Source: an uncultured bacterium (GTDB lineage Bacteria; Bacillota_I; Bacilli_A; RFN20; CAG-826). Taken from it: a stretch of DNA of 64,000 nucleotides. Location: positions 291,884 to 355,883 of the forward strand of contig CASFSS010000018.1 in the NCBI GenBank assembly GCA_949297445.1, in the 5' to 3' direction. Position 1 is the first letter of the stretch. Each line of letters starts with the position of its first letter. Made by a program: the position numbers and the translations under genes. Positions 19,293-29,695 of this stretch are shown one piece after another. The notes under the pieces were generated by a model that saw nothing but the letters and a program-made list of their open reading frames with translations, was not told the origin of the DNA and searched no databases.

Positions 19293-20291
19293 TTAATTCA
19301 AAGAATTAACGTAGTCAATTAATTGTTCTTTTTCTTCCTTGCTTAAAAATGCTCCATTAATAGAATTGAGAACAATTTGATAAATGTCCTCTTCGCTTAA
19401 TCCCATCTTTACAAGATTTAAATATTCGTCTTTTAATGTCACGTTGCTAACGGTGGGATCATCGGTATTAATGGTGACTAATACGCCAGCATTTAATAAA
19501 GGTTTAACAGGCACATCATTAATTGTTGGGAAAGCTTTTGTATCTACGTTGCTTGTTGGGCATACTTCTAAATAAATGCCTTCCATTCTTAGCGATGTCA
19601 TAGTGTCGATTGATTGAATTGCGTTGACACCGTGACCTATACGAAGAGGATGATAGCGTAACGCATAATCAATCGATTCATGACCTAACGATTCGCCTGA
19701 ATGAATAGTGAAGGGCAACGCTAATGCATTTATATATTCTAGCAAGCCATCAATCTTATCGTTTGGATATGTTTTTTCATCGCCAGCAATATCGACGGCT
19801 ACTACGCCTTTTCCTAAATATTTTTTCGCTAAGTCGCAAGTTAATAGATTTTGTTTATAACGATTGCCGCGCATTAAACACAAGATGAGATTTGCTTTTA
19901 GTCCGTATAATTCTCGCCCTTCTAAAAGTGCATCTAGGATTGTTAATATAACATCTTCTTGGCATAGTCCTCGATTTGTTGATAGCATCGGCGCCATTCG
20001 AATTTCGACGTATTTTAAACCCTGTTCACTCAAGCGCCTTAGCAAATCAAGTGTGCATTTTCTCAAGCCATTTTTTGTTTGCAAAACGCGGTTGGGAATA
20101 TCAAATTTTTTTAAATAATCAATCAAAGATGAACATGTTTCATCGACTTGGAGATATTTTTTCAATTCCTCCTCGTCATATGTTGGCAATAAAACATTTT
20201 CTTCAACTGCACATTCAATAATTTGTTTCGCAGATAAAGCGCCATCTAAATGAAGATGGAGGTCAACGATTGCGTATTTTGTAATATCCAT
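19293..20291 (-). CDS. add: Adenosine deaminase
   Basis: DLHLHLDG and HSGE motifs. The start is set at the internal Met (MDITKYA) that is preceded by SD AAGGGG; the ORF track's longer N-terminus lacks an RBS. Confidence 0.85.
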   Translation of the reverse strand: MDITKYAIVDLHLHLDGALSAKQIIECAVEENVLLPTYDEEELKKYLQVDETCSSLIDYLKKFDIPNRVLQTKNGLRKCTLDLLRRLSEQGLKYVEIRMAPMLSTNRGLCQEDVILTILDALLEGRELYGLKANLILCLMRGNRYKQNLLTCDLAKKYLGKGVVAVDIAGDEKTYPNDKIDGLLEYINALALPFTIHSGESLGHESIDYALRYHPLRIGHGVNAIQSIDTMTSLRMEGIYLEVCPTSNVDTKAFPTINDVPVKPLLNAGVLVTINTDDPTVSNVTLKDEYLNLVKMGLSEEDIYQIVLNSINGAFLSKEEKEQLIDYVNSLN

Positions 20292-20431
20292 AGTTTTGCC
20301 CCTTGTGAAAATATTATACAAAAATAGTATCAATATTCTCAATATATGAGAAAAAAACAAATTTCAATTCAAATTACTAGCCAATAAAAATAAAAATGAT
20401 AAAATACATTTTTTGAAAGAAGGTGTTTAGC

Positions 20432-21760
20432 ATGAAAGAAATTAGCAAAAAACAATTAGAAGAATTAAATAAAAAATATCGAGAGAATCCTCAAAATAAG
20501 ATTATTCGTCATAGTTTATCTAAAACAGGCATTGAACAAGTCGCATCTAGTTTAGATGGTGAAGCTTCAATGGCCTTCAATTTCGACATTGTTGTCAAAA
20601 CATTAGATGTTACAAACCAAAAAGCCAGCGGCCGCTGCTGGTTATTTGCGGCGACTAATGTTTTGCGAGAAAAAATCGCCAAAGATTTAAATTTGGATCA
20701 TTTTGAATTATCGCAAAGTTTTTTGGCTTTCTATGACAAATTTGAAAAAATTAATTACACATTAGAAGCTTTTATTGAAAACATAGACGCTGATTATGAT
20801 GATCGAACATTAACATTTTTATTGCAAAATGTTGTTGGCGATGGTGGACAATGGGATATGTTTGTCAATTTGGTCAATAAATATGGTTTAATGCCTAAAC
20901 AGGCCTATGGCGAAACATTCACATCAAGTAATACGCGTTATATCAATAGTTTAATAAACGCTGAATTGCGCAAATTCGCCGCCAACATGAAAAATATTAA
21001 AGACGCTAAAGGGCTCGATGAAGTTTATCGTGTCAAAAACGATTTGTTGACGCGATGCTATGAAGCGCTAGTTAATGCCTATGGTGAGGTGCCGGAAACT
21101 TTCGATTTTGAATATGTTGATAAGGACGGCAAATATCATCTAGATCGTAATTTAACTCCTCTTACCTTCAAAGAAAAATACATCGGCAATTATTTAGATG
21201 ACTTTGTTTCAATCATAGATGCTCCTACATCTAGTAAGAAGATGAATACAACTTATACCGTAAAATATTTGGGCAACGTTGTTGGTGGAAAAATAGTCAC
21301 TCATTTAAATGTCGGCATTGAGCGACTGAAGGAATTAGTTATCAAACAACTAAAAGACAATGAAATTGTTTGGTTTGGTAGCGATGTAGCTTTTTATGGC
21401 GATCGACAAGGCGGCGTCTGGGATGATGGTGCTTTTGACTTTGAGTCATTATTGAAACTTGATTATAAGATTGATAAAGGCTTTGCTTTAGATTTTCGAA
21501 TTTCTCAGATGAATCATGCGATGTGCATCACTGGCGTATCCTTATTAGATAATGTTCCGACCAAGTGGAAAATTGAAAATTCTTGGGGTGATCAAAACGG
21601 AGTTCGTGGATACTATATCATGTCTGCCTCTTGGTTTGACCGATATACGTACCAAGCGGTGGTTCATAAAAAATATTTGAACGAAGAAGAACTTAAAGCC
21701 TTAGAAAAGGCACCAATTGTTTTAAAACCTTGGGATCCAATGGGCTCGTTGGCTGACTAA
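20432..21760 (+). CDS. pepC: Aminopeptidase C (bleomycin-hydrolase-type C1 cysteine peptidase)
   Basis: PepC-like sequence with active-site Cys (QKASGRCWLFAATN). The ATG at 20432 is preceded by SD GAAGGTG; the ORF track's GTG start is 9 nt upstream. Confidence 0.85.
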   Translation: MKEISKKQLEELNKKYRENPQNKIIRHSLSKTGIEQVASSLDGEASMAFNFDIVVKTLDVTNQKASGRCWLFAATNVLREKIAKDLNLDHFELSQSFLAFYDKFEKINYTLEAFIENIDADYDDRTLTFLLQNVVGDGGQWDMFVNLVNKYGLMPKQAYGETFTSSNTRYINSLINAELRKFAANMKNIKDAKGLDEVYRVKNDLLTRCYEALVNAYGEVPETFDFEYVDKDGKYHLDRNLTPLTFKEKYIGNYLDDFVSIIDAPTSSKKMNTTYTVKYLGNVVGGKIVTHLNVGIERLKELVIKQLKDNEIVWFGSDVAFYGDRQGGVWDDGAFDFESLLKLDYKIDKGFALDFRISQMNHAMCITGVSLLDNVPTKWKIENSWGDQNGVRGYYIMSASWFDRYTYQAVVHKKYLNEEELKALEKAPIVLKPWDPMGSLAD

Positions 21761-21775
21761 AAATAAAACGGACAC

Positions 21776-21797
21776 TGTCCGTTTTTATTTATTGGTA
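21776..21797. terminator. Bidirectional terminator between pepC and the convergent ATP-grasp gene
   Basis: aaacggac-act-gtccgttt hairpin with flanking A and T runs. Confidence 0.6.
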
Positions 21798-22984
21798 GCA
21801 AAGACAAAGTCTTTGAATTCATTCATCTCGGCGCGCGTTTTAAATTTCGCCATATAAAAGGTGTCGCCCAAACAATCGGCCAAAATTGGCGGATAGCGCC
21901 CTTCTTTACATATGTTATTTTGATATTTTCTTAGGATATCATCGTGCGTATAAATATAAGTGCGATTGTCACGTCTTGATGCGCATCCAGCATAATATTT
22001 TTCGTGTTCCATATATTCGTTTGTCTTATCGTAAGCAAGTGAATCGGCCCATATTTTATATATGTTCACAGAACAAGCAAAATCAATTAAATCAGGCGAG
22101 TAACCGCCAGGTGCCCGTAAATTTGCTTCTAAAGCAACGATATCATTTTTGTTTCCGAGACCTATAATGTCATCGTCTAATTTGAAAAATTCGATATGGA
22201 AAAATCTATTTTGAATATTAAAAGCTTTGACGACGCGCCGACCAATTATATCTAAATATTTAGGAACGGTGGGGGCACAATAGTAAAAGACGTCTTTATT
22301 TTCATTAACAATATCAGCGATTGAGGGCGGAAAATTTTCGTTATCAGCAAAAATAACATTGGCGTTTGAATCTGATATGCCATCGTAAGAGATAATGTTG
22401 CCGTGCACATATTGTTCAACTATATAATCAATCCCTTCAGGCTTAATTTTTAGGAAGTGAATTAAGTCGCTGCGGTCTTGAATTTTAAATGAGCCATGCG
22501 AGCCGACACCAATATCTGGTTTAGCAAAAAGCGGATACCCAACTTCCTTTTGAAAAGCGTTTAAATCTTTTTTGTTATTGTCGTTAATAACGATGTATCT
22601 AGCCACTTTTACTCCAGCCATTTCAAAGCAAGCTTTCATTTGTGATTTTCTTTGATATCTCTCGATATCTTTTGTGCGCATGCCTTTAATATCGAACGTA
22701 TCTCTCAACCTGGCGTCTTGGCGCAACCAATATTCGTTATTGGATTCAAGATAATCGATGTGACCATATTTTGCCTGGAAATAAGATAAGGCATTTTGTA
22801 CATCGAAAAAGTTTTCAAGATTTGTTCGATAATACTCGGTCAAATCATTTTTTAGTTCGTAACGCAATTCATCATAAGAAGCATCGCCGACTCCTAAAAC
22901 GCGAAAGCCATTTTCTTTTAATGCTCTGACAAACAAATAGTAGTTCTCGGGAAAATTAGGTGATATGAATACAAAATTTTTCAT
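21785..22984 (-). CDS. ATP-grasp family enzyme (carboxylate-amine/thiol ligase-like), function unknown
   Basis: ATP-grasp fold pattern with a central Gly-rich loop and a C-terminal Mg/ATP-binding region. No match to Ddl, PurK or other named ATP-grasp subfamilies recognised from the sequence. Confidence 0.5.
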   Translation of the reverse strand: MKNFVFISPNFPENYYLFVRALKENGFRVLGVGDASYDELRYELKNDLTEYYRTNLENFFDVQNALSYFQAKYGHIDYLESNNEYWLRQDARLRDTFDIKGMRTKDIERYQRKSQMKACFEMAGVKVARYIVINDNNKKDLNAFQKEVGYPLFAKPDIGVGSHGSFKIQDRSDLIHFLKIKPEGIDYIVEQYVHGNIISYDGISDSNANVIFADNENFPPSIADIVNENKDVFYYCAPTVPKYLDIIGRRVVKAFNIQNRFFHIEFFKLDDDIIGLGNKNDIVALEANLRAPGGYSPDLIDFACSVNIYKIWADSLAYDKTNEYMEHEKYYAGCASRRDNRTYIYTHDDILRKYQNNICKEGRYPPILADCLGDTFYMAKFKTRAEMNEFKDFVFATNK

Positions 22985-23125
22985 ACTTTAAATATTACCA
23001 CTTTTCTTCAAAAAGTAAATTTTACCTAATATATTTAATATAATTATTAAAAGTTGTACAAAAGATTTATTTAATTTGCAAGTTATCTTATATAAAGATA
23101 ATATATTTATGAAAAGGAGATGAAT

Positions 23126-23872
23126 ATGCATAAATTAGTTCTAATTAGACATGGTGAATCCGAATGGAATAAATTAAATTTATTTACTGGTTGGACCGAT
23201 GTTGATTTAAGTGAAAAGGGCGAAGAAGAAGCACATCGCGCCGGCAAGACTCTTTTAAAAGAAGGCTATGATTTTGATGTCGTTTATACATCTTTATTGA
23301 AGCGCGCTATTCATACGATGAATTTTGCGTTAAAAGAATTAGACCGTGAATGGCTACCTGTCATCAAGTCATGGCGTTTGAATGAACGTCATTATGGAGC
23401 GCTTCAAGGCCTTAATAAAGCCGAGACAGCCGCTAAATATGGCGAAGATCAAGTGAAAGTTTGGCGTCGTAGTTATGATGTACCTCCGCCATCATTAAAG
23501 GAAGATGATCCACGCAATCCTGCTTTACAAGCTCAATTTAGGGATGTTCCGAAAAATGATTTGCCACTTGCTGAATCGTTGAAAGATACGGTTAAGCGCG
23601 CCGTTCCTTATTTTGAAAATGTAATTAAGCCAACCATGGCTGAAGGAAAGCGCGTATTGATTGTTGCACACGGCAACTCAATTAGGGCATTAGTTAAATA
23701 TTTTGACCAAATGAAGGACGAAGACATTGTCGCGGTCAATATTCCAACTGGCATTCCTTTAGTCTACGAATTTGATGATAATTTCAAAGTTATTCGTCAC
23801 TATTATTTAGCCGATGAAGAAGCTTTGAAAAAGGAAATGGAAGCCGTTGCCAATCAAGGAAAAGTGAAGTAA
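23126..23872 (+). CDS. gpmA: 2,3-bisphosphoglycerate-dependent phosphoglycerate mutase
   Basis: [12 protein letters not shown] histidine-phosphatase motif. The ATG at 23126 has better spacing to SD AAGGAG than the ATG at 23120. Confidence 0.9.
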   Translation: MHKLVLIRHGESEWNKLNLFTGWTDVDLSEKGEEEAHRAGKTLLKEGYDFDVVYTSLLKRAIHTMNFALKELDREWLPVIKSWRLNERHYGALQGLNKAETAAKYGEDQVKVWRRSYDVPPPSLKEDDPRNPALQAQFRDVPKNDLPLAESLKDTVKRAVPYFENVIKPTMAEGKRVLIVAHGNSIRALVKYFDQMKDEDIVAVNIPTGIPLVYEFDDNFKVIRHYYLADEEALKKEMEAVANQGKVK

Positions 23873-23903
23873 ATATTTCGTTTTTGCAATGATTTTAATA
23901 AAA

Positions 23904-23924
23904 AAACCGGAATTTTTCCGGTTT
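23904..23924. terminator. Bidirectional terminator between gpmA and the Fe-ADH gene
   Basis: aaaccggaa-ttt-ttccggttt hairpin with A and T runs on both sides. Confidence 0.75.
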
Positions 23925-23941
23925 TTTTAACGCACTAAACC

Positions 23942-25087
23942 TTAGAGAAGCTTTTCGTATAGAGCGCGTATTTCGAGCACGCTAGTTTCGCGTGGATTGC
24001 CCGGTCGACAAGCATCATCATAGGCACTTTGAGCCAAGAAATCTAAGTCAGCCTTTTTAACGATTTGCTTTAAATCGGATGGAATGCCAACATCGCGCGC
24101 TAAATCTCTAACAGCATCGCAAGCAGCCTTACGATATTCATCCTGTGTCATTTCATCGACGTTTAATACGCCCATTGCTTTTGCAATATCTTTATATCGA
24201 TCTTTAGTGGCAACGGCATTATATTCCATAACGAGCGGAAGCAAAATTGCATTTGCGACGCCATGTGGCGTATCGTATTTTGCTCCTAAGGCATGGGCCA
24301 TCGAATGAACGATGCCGAGTCCAACATTAGAAAAGCCCATCCCGGCAATATATTGTGCCAGTGCCATCGCTTCCTTTGATTTTTTATCATTGTTTACTGC
24401 GCCACGAAGATTTTGAGCAATTAGTTCGATTGCTTTTAGATGGAACATATCAGTCATTTCCCAGGCGCCCTTTGTTATGTATCCTTCAATTGCGTGTGTT
24501 AGAGCATCCATCCCTGTAGCGGCCGTGAGTCCGCGTGGCATCGTCTCCATCATATCTGGATCAACGAAGGCCACAACTGGAATATCGTGAGGATCCACAC
24601 AAACAAATTTGCGGGCTTTTTCGACATCAGTAATTACATAGTTAATTGTTACTTCCGCGGCGGTTCCAGCGGTGGTAGGTACGGCGAAAATCGGCACCGA
24701 TGGATTTTTAGTTGGTGCAACGCCTTCTAAGGAACGAACATCAATAAACTCGCGATTATTAGCTATGATGCCAATTGCTTTCGCAGTATCGATTGATGAG
24801 CCTCCACCAATTGCAATGATGTAATCGGCTCCGCTTGCGTCAAATGCTTCTACACCCATTTGGACATTTTCAATTGTTGGATTAGCTTTAATCTTTGAAT
24901 ATATGACATATTCCATTTTGGCATGGTCTAATAACTTTGTTACTTTTTCGGTCACTCGGTAAATAATTAAATCTGGATCTGAACACACGAAAGCTTTTTT
25001 AAAGCCGCGCCTTTGAGCTTCGTTAATAATTTCCTTAATTGCTCCTGAGCCGTGATAGCTTGTTTCATTTAATATAATTCTTTGCAT
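23942..25087 (-). CDS. Iron-containing alcohol dehydrogenase (FucO/lactaldehyde-reductase-like)
   Basis: GGGSSIDTAKAIG motif and His-rich metal site typical of Fe-ADH. Confidence 0.8.
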   Translation of the reverse strand: MQRIILNETSYHGSGAIKEIINEAQRRGFKKAFVCSDPDLIIYRVTEKVTKLLDHAKMEYVIYSKIKANPTIENVQMGVEAFDASGADYIIAIGGGSSIDTAKAIGIIANNREFIDVRSLEGVAPTKNPSVPIFAVPTTAGTAAEVTINYVITDVEKARKFVCVDPHDIPVVAFVDPDMMETMPRGLTAATGMDALTHAIEGYITKGAWEMTDMFHLKAIELIAQNLRGAVNNDKKSKEAMALAQYIAGMGFSNVGLGIVHSMAHALGAKYDTPHGVANAILLPLVMEYNAVATKDRYKDIAKAMGVLNVDEMTQDEYRKAACDAVRDLARDVGIPSDLKQIVKKADLDFLAQSAYDDACRPGNPRETSVLEIRALYEKLL

Positions 25088-25088
25088 A

Positions 25089-26474
25089 CTATTCCCCTCT
25101 TCGCTCTTTTATTTTAGCGAGCACATTTAATAGTTTAAACGCTTTTGTTGAATTTGGCGGATATTTTACTTGCAATTCAGCTTTGTTTTTAACAAGAACG
25201 CTTTTTTCGTGCGAAAATGTTTGGAAACTCTTTTTTCCGTGATAAGCACCCATGCCGCTTCTACCGACTCCACCAAAAGGTAAATTTTCATTGGTGAGAT
25301 GCATTATTGTTTCATTTATACATCCGCCACCATAGAAAGCTTCATTCATTACGCGCATAGCTTTCTTCTTATTTTTGGTGAAGTAATAAAACGCTAGAGG
25401 TTTTTCTTTATGTTTGACAATTTCTAAAACATTTTCTAAATCGTTAAATTTTAAAACCGGCATTACGGGACCAAATATCTCTTCCGACATTATTTTGTCA
25501 TCCCAAGTCACGTTGTCTAACACTGTCGGCTCGAGTAAATTACCATTAAATTTCCCACCGACAATTATTTTGTCTTTATCAATGAGTGACTCAACTTTGT
25601 TTCGATGTTTTTCATTGATCAAAAATGGAAATTGGGAAGAGATTTTGCCGTTGTTATCATAATAAAATTCTTTGATATACTTTTTGACTTTTTCGATAAA
25701 AGCATCGTGAACCGTTTCATGAACATAAATATAATCAGGCGCTACACAAGTTTGACCGGCGTTAAGAAATTTGCCCCATGTTATTCTTTTGGCGGCTATT
25801 TCAATATCGGCGTCCTCATCGACTATCGTTGGTGATTTGCCCCCAAGTTCTAACGAAACGGGTGTTAAATGTTTGGACGCTTTTTCAAGCACTAATTTAC
25901 CGACTGTTTCCCCGCCGGTGAAAAAAATATAATCAAAACGTTGTTCAAGCAAAGCTTGATTTTGTTCACGGCCACCTAATACGACACTTACCAAACATTC
26001 GTTATTTAATTCGGCAAACATGTCATAGATGACTTGTGAAACATTTTTTGCATAGCTGGCAGGCTTTAATATAACGGTATTGCCAGCGGCAATTGCGCCG
26101 ATTAGTGGCTCAATTGATAATTGTAATGGATAATTCCACGGCGCCATTATTAGCACAACACCATAGGGCTCTTGAATTAAATAACCCTTGGAAGGAAAGT
26201 TTATTATATCTGTTTTAACCTTTTTCGCTTTTGTTAATTTTTTTAAGTGCTTAATCATGTAATCGCACTCATTTAAAACGAGCAACAATTCGGTCGATAA
26301 AACATCAAATTGACATTTGTTGTAATCAAGATGAAAAGCCCCATAGAATTTGTTGCTATATTTCTTGAGCAAACATCTGATTTGTTTTAAGTATGCTAGT
26401 CGTTTATTTATATCGCGGGTGGCTCCACTTAAAAAATACTCTCGTTGTTTATTAACGGTAGATACAATGTCCAT
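25089..26474 (-). CDS. NAD(P)-dependent aldehyde dehydrogenase (ALDH3-like)
   Basis: ELGGKSP and catalytic Cys in FLNAGQTCVAPDY. Start set at MDIVSTV, which is preceded by SD GGAGGA. Its stop at 25089 is 1 nt from the ADH start, so the two are co-transcribed. Confidence 0.8.
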   Translation of the reverse strand: MDIVSTVNKQREYFLSGATRDINKRLAYLKQIRCLLKKYSNKFYGAFHLDYNKCQFDVLSTELLLVLNECDYMIKHLKKLTKAKKVKTDIINFPSKGYLIQEPYGVVLIMAPWNYPLQLSIEPLIGAIAAGNTVILKPASYAKNVSQVIYDMFAELNNECLVSVVLGGREQNQALLEQRFDYIFFTGGETVGKLVLEKASKHLTPVSLELGGKSPTIVDEDADIEIAAKRITWGKFLNAGQTCVAPDYIYVHETVHDAFIEKVKKYIKEFYYDNNGKISSQFPFLINEKHRNKVESLIDKDKIIVGGKFNGNLLEPTVLDNVTWDDKIMSEEIFGPVMPVLKFNDLENVLEIVKHKEKPLAFYYFTKNKKKAMRVMNEAFYGGGCINETIMHLTNENLPFGGVGRSGMGAYHGKKSFQTFSHEKSVLVKNKAELQVKYPPNSTKAFKLLNVLAKIKERRGE

Positions 26475-26608
26475 AATTTGTTCCTCCAAAAACATTATAA
26501 AATATACTTTTAAGATATATTAGTTTTTCCTTAAAAAACTTTTTTGTAGGACGAAAAATTATGTTTGAAATTAATAAACTTTGGTTGAAAAAATCCGTAA
26601 AAATTGCT

Positions 26609-27295
26609 TTATTTTAATTTTTTTCCACAGCTTCGACAAAAATTGTCATCTTCGGCGCATTTGTTTCCGCAGTTTGGGCAATAATTAGTTTTATTCTTAT
26701 CTTTCTTATCTTTGCTTACAATCAAAGAAACATTTTCGTTCTTTTTGCTTTCAATTAATATTTTTTTCTTCGCGTCTTTCTCTTCTCGTTTTTTTCTTTT
26801 TGCAAAAGATGATTGCTTAAAAAAGTTGATGGCATCGGCGACTGTATCGATGGCGATGATAGATACATCAGCCCCCATTTGGCCAAGTTTACGAATTTGA
26901 TGTGACTCACCCCGTCCATAAACACACCAAGTTGCAAAATGTTCACAGTTATTAAGCATAAAGTTATACTTGCCACCGACAACTTCGGCTTGTCCGACAC
27001 ATGAAAGTGCTCGTTTAGCAACTTCTTGAGGTGAGTATTTGCGACGCATTTCATCAATTACTTGAATGCGAAGCGGATCGCCTCTTAAAAAGTCTTCTAA
27101 TGAAGTGTTTCTTATTTGCGTATTTTCTGGATTTAATAAATCGTCGCCAACCGGCCCTGAAAAATGCACGACACGATTGTTGCCGACATATATGCCGTAA
27201 TGGATATAAACGGCATTTTTTCTTTGCACCGTTAAAATATCACCTACCTGAGGCAGACGATTTTGATAAAAAATTGGTTCTTTACTATTTGCCAT
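26609..27295 (-). CDS. LRAT/PLAAT (H-rev107)-like NlpC/P60 superfamily protein with a Lys-rich linker and C-terminal zinc ribbon
   Basis: His motif HYGIYVG and Cys motif NCEHF, with spacing characteristic of the LRAT domain. C-terminal CPNCGNKC...CRSCGKK zinc ribbon. Confidence 0.65.
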   Translation of the reverse strand: MANSKEPIFYQNRLPQVGDILTVQRKNAVYIHYGIYVGNNRVVHFSGPVGDDLLNPENTQIRNTSLEDFLRGDPLRIQVIDEMRRKYSPQEVAKRALSCVGQAEVVGGKYNFMLNNCEHFATWCVYGRGESHQIRKLGQMGADVSIIAIDTVADAINFFKQSSFAKRKKREEKDAKKKILIESKKNENVSLIVSKDKKDKNKTNYCPNCGNKCAEDDNFCRSCGKKLK

Positions 27296-27384
27296 ATAGT
27301 TATATTATACACAAATATAAAAATTAATCCTTTTCCTTCAATATTGACTTAGTAACAAACTAAAAATTTGTTAAGATAAATAAC

Positions 27385-28167
27385 GTGAAGAAAATTAAAA
27401 TTGTCTTTTTTGATATTGATTGGACTATCTATGACCATACGGTGAAAGCTTTTAACGCCAAATCGATGAAAGCAATCAGCCTTCTACAAAAAAATGGTAT
27501 CAAGGTCGTCATTTGCACCTCTAGAGCTTATCATTCGGTGGAGACACTGGGATTATTTGCCTATTGTAGTCCAGATGGTTATATAACATCGAACGGTTCA
27601 CTCGTTTATCTTGATGGTAAATATATAAAGCTTGATACAATCCCAAAAGATGATTTGCGAAAAGCAATCGAAATTGTCAAAAAGCAAAACTTGACGATGG
27701 AGTGTATTGAAAAAAAGTCATGTTTTTTGATTGCTCCAAAAAATGAATATGTCGATAAATTATTTGCTATCTATTACGAAGATATGCCGCCCGTGAAAGA
27801 TTATAACGATGAAGATGTATTGAGTTGTCTTCTATTTGCGCCCGAACAATACGATGAATATTTTATTAAAACATTACCGCCAACGATAAAATATTATCGA
27901 TTTGATACTAATGGTGTCGATTTGTCTTCGGCAACATATAAAAAAGGTGATGGCATTAAAGCCGCTCTCGCTTATTATGGTTTTACCAAAGAGGAAGCTA
28001 TGGCCTTCGGCGATGACTTGGCCGATATTTCAATGTTTGAAGAAGTAAAGTATGGAATCGCCATGGGAAACGCAAAAGACGAAGTTAAACAAGCAGCGTT
28101 TTTTGTTTGCGAGAATATTGAAGATAATGGTGTTTTTAATACTCTAAAAAAGTTCTCTCTTATTTAA
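27385..28167 (+). CDS. Cof-type HAD-IIB family hydrolase (sugar-phosphatase-like)
   Basis: Motif I FFDIDWT and C-terminal GDDLADI. GTG start with no clear SD. Confidence 0.65.
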   Translation: MKKIKIVFFDIDWTIYDHTVKAFNAKSMKAISLLQKNGIKVVICTSRAYHSVETLGLFAYCSPDGYITSNGSLVYLDGKYIKLDTIPKDDLRKAIEIVKKQNLTMECIEKKSCFLIAPKNEYVDKLFAIYYEDMPPVKDYNDEDVLSCLLFAPEQYDEYFIKTLPPTIKYYRFDTNGVDLSSATYKKGDGIKAALAYYGFTKEEAMAFGDDLADISMFEEVKYGIAMGNAKDEVKQAAFFVCENIEDNGVFNTLKKFSLI

Positions 28168-28237
28168 CCCACATTTTTAACCACTATTTTATCATTTATC
28201 AATTGCATTTTTCTTCTATTTGTTTTCTAATAAAAAT

Positions 28238-29695
28238 ATGAGAAGAAATTTAGGCGTATTAATGCCCGTTGCTTCCTTGCCTGCTCGACATGGAATCGGC
28301 GATTTTGGTTATTCGAGCAAAAAGTTTATCGATTGGTTAAAAAGCCAAAAATATCATTATTGGCAGGTATTGCCATTAAATCCGCTTGGCCCTGGTGAAT
28401 CACCATATATGTCGACCTCAAGTTTTGCGCTTGACTATCGTTATATTTCCTTGGATTTATTGACGGAAGAAGGACTACTTAATAAGACCCCTGACTTTAA
28501 GAAAGGAGCCCGTCAGTTAATCTTTTGGCAGATTGGTGAATTTAAAAAACCTTATTTATACAAAGCCTATCGCAATTTTATCAGCAAATACCCAGGCCGC
28601 CTAGAAAGATTTAAGGAAAAAAATGCGTGGGTTAGTAAATACGCAACTTTTCAAGTGTTCAAAGAACAAAATGATCAAAAGCCATGGCTAGAATGGAAAA
28701 AATGGCAAATTGATTATTATTTAAATCATCGTCATTCACCGCGCAAATATAGCGATCAAATTAATTTCATCGTCTTTATGCAAATGATGGCCTTGAAGCA
28801 GTGGAAGGATGTTTTAAGTTACGCTCATAAAAAAGGCATTCAAATCATTGCCGATATGCCTTTTTATGTTGGCTTAGATTCGATGGAAGTATGGCTCAAT
28901 CGCGACCAATTTTTGCTTGATGAAAATAACGTACCATATTTGGTGGCGGGCGTTCCCCCGGACGCCTTTTCCGATTTGGGCCAACTTTGGGGTTCGCCAA
29001 TTTATAACTTTGATAAAATGCGTCAAAATGGTTATAATCTCTTAGTTGAACGAACAACATATTTATCCAATTTATGTGATATTTTGCGGATTGATCATTT
29101 CCGCGCTTTTGATACATATTATGTAATTCCCCAAGGGCGAGAAGACGCCATCATTGGCGAATGGAAAATTGGACCCAGAAAAGAATTTTTCGAATGTTTA
29201 TATAAGGCTAAGCCATCTATTAATTTAATTGCCGAAGATTTAGGTGAGTTATTCGATTCGGTGCTTGAATTGCGCGACGATTTAAAGCTGCCCGGCATGT
29301 TTATCGTCCAATTTACAATTTTTGATAAGAAGGCCAAGAGCAACAATAATATGATTGTTTACTCGGGAACTCACGATAACGAAACGTTATTTGGTTGGTT
29401 TAAAAATTTAAAACTAACGGAAATCGAATTGCTTAAACAAAACCTAAATTATCAATACGGTAGTTTATATGATTTACTGGTGCGATACGTCTTCACAATA
29501 CCTTCTAAAATGACAATTTTGCCTTTGCAAGATTTATTGAAGCTAGATAATCGTGGTAGATTAAATACGCCAGGAACGGTCGGTGCGCCAAACTGGATGT
29601 GGCGGATGCCAAAGTGGGAAACACTTTCAAAAGTGCGCTATCCCAAAAAATCATTTTTCCGAAAAAGAAATTGGACAAAGGTGGAATTTAAGTGA
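28238..29695 (+). CDS. malQ: 4-alpha-glucanotransferase (amylomaltase, GH77)
   Basis: N-terminal GVLMPVASLPARHGIGDFG is typical of GH77. Start placed at the ATG at 28238 rather than the ORF track's TTG at 28220. Confidence 0.8.
   Translation: MRRNLGVLMPVASLPARHGIGDFGYSSKKFIDWLKSQKYHYWQVLPLNPLGPGESPYMSTSSFALDYRYISLDLLTEEGLLNKTPDFKKGARQLIFWQIGEFKKPYLYKAYRNFISKYPGRLERFKEKNAWVSKYATFQVFKEQNDQKPWLEWKKWQIDYYLNHRHSPRKYSDQINFIVFMQMMALKQWKDVLSYAHKKGIQIIADMPFYVGLDSMEVWLNRDQFLLDENNVPYLVAGVPPDAFSDLGQLWGSPIYNFDKMRQNGYNLLVERTTYLSNLCDILRIDHFRAFDTYYVIPQGREDAIIGEWKIGPRKEFFECLYKAKPSINLIAEDLGELFDSVLELRDDLKLPGMFIVQFTIFDKKAKSNNNMIVYSGTHDNETLFGWFKNLKLTEIELLKQNLNYQYGSLYDLLVRYVFTIPSKMTILPLQDLLKLDNRGRLNTPGTVGAPNWMWRMPKWETLSKVRYPKKSFFRKRNWTKVEFK

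Noticed and set aside
26496-26608. 18-codon ORF (MFEINKLWLKKSVKIALF) between the ALDH and LRAT genes
   Set aside because: Too short, no SD, and no conservation hallmark; likely chance ORF in a promoter region.
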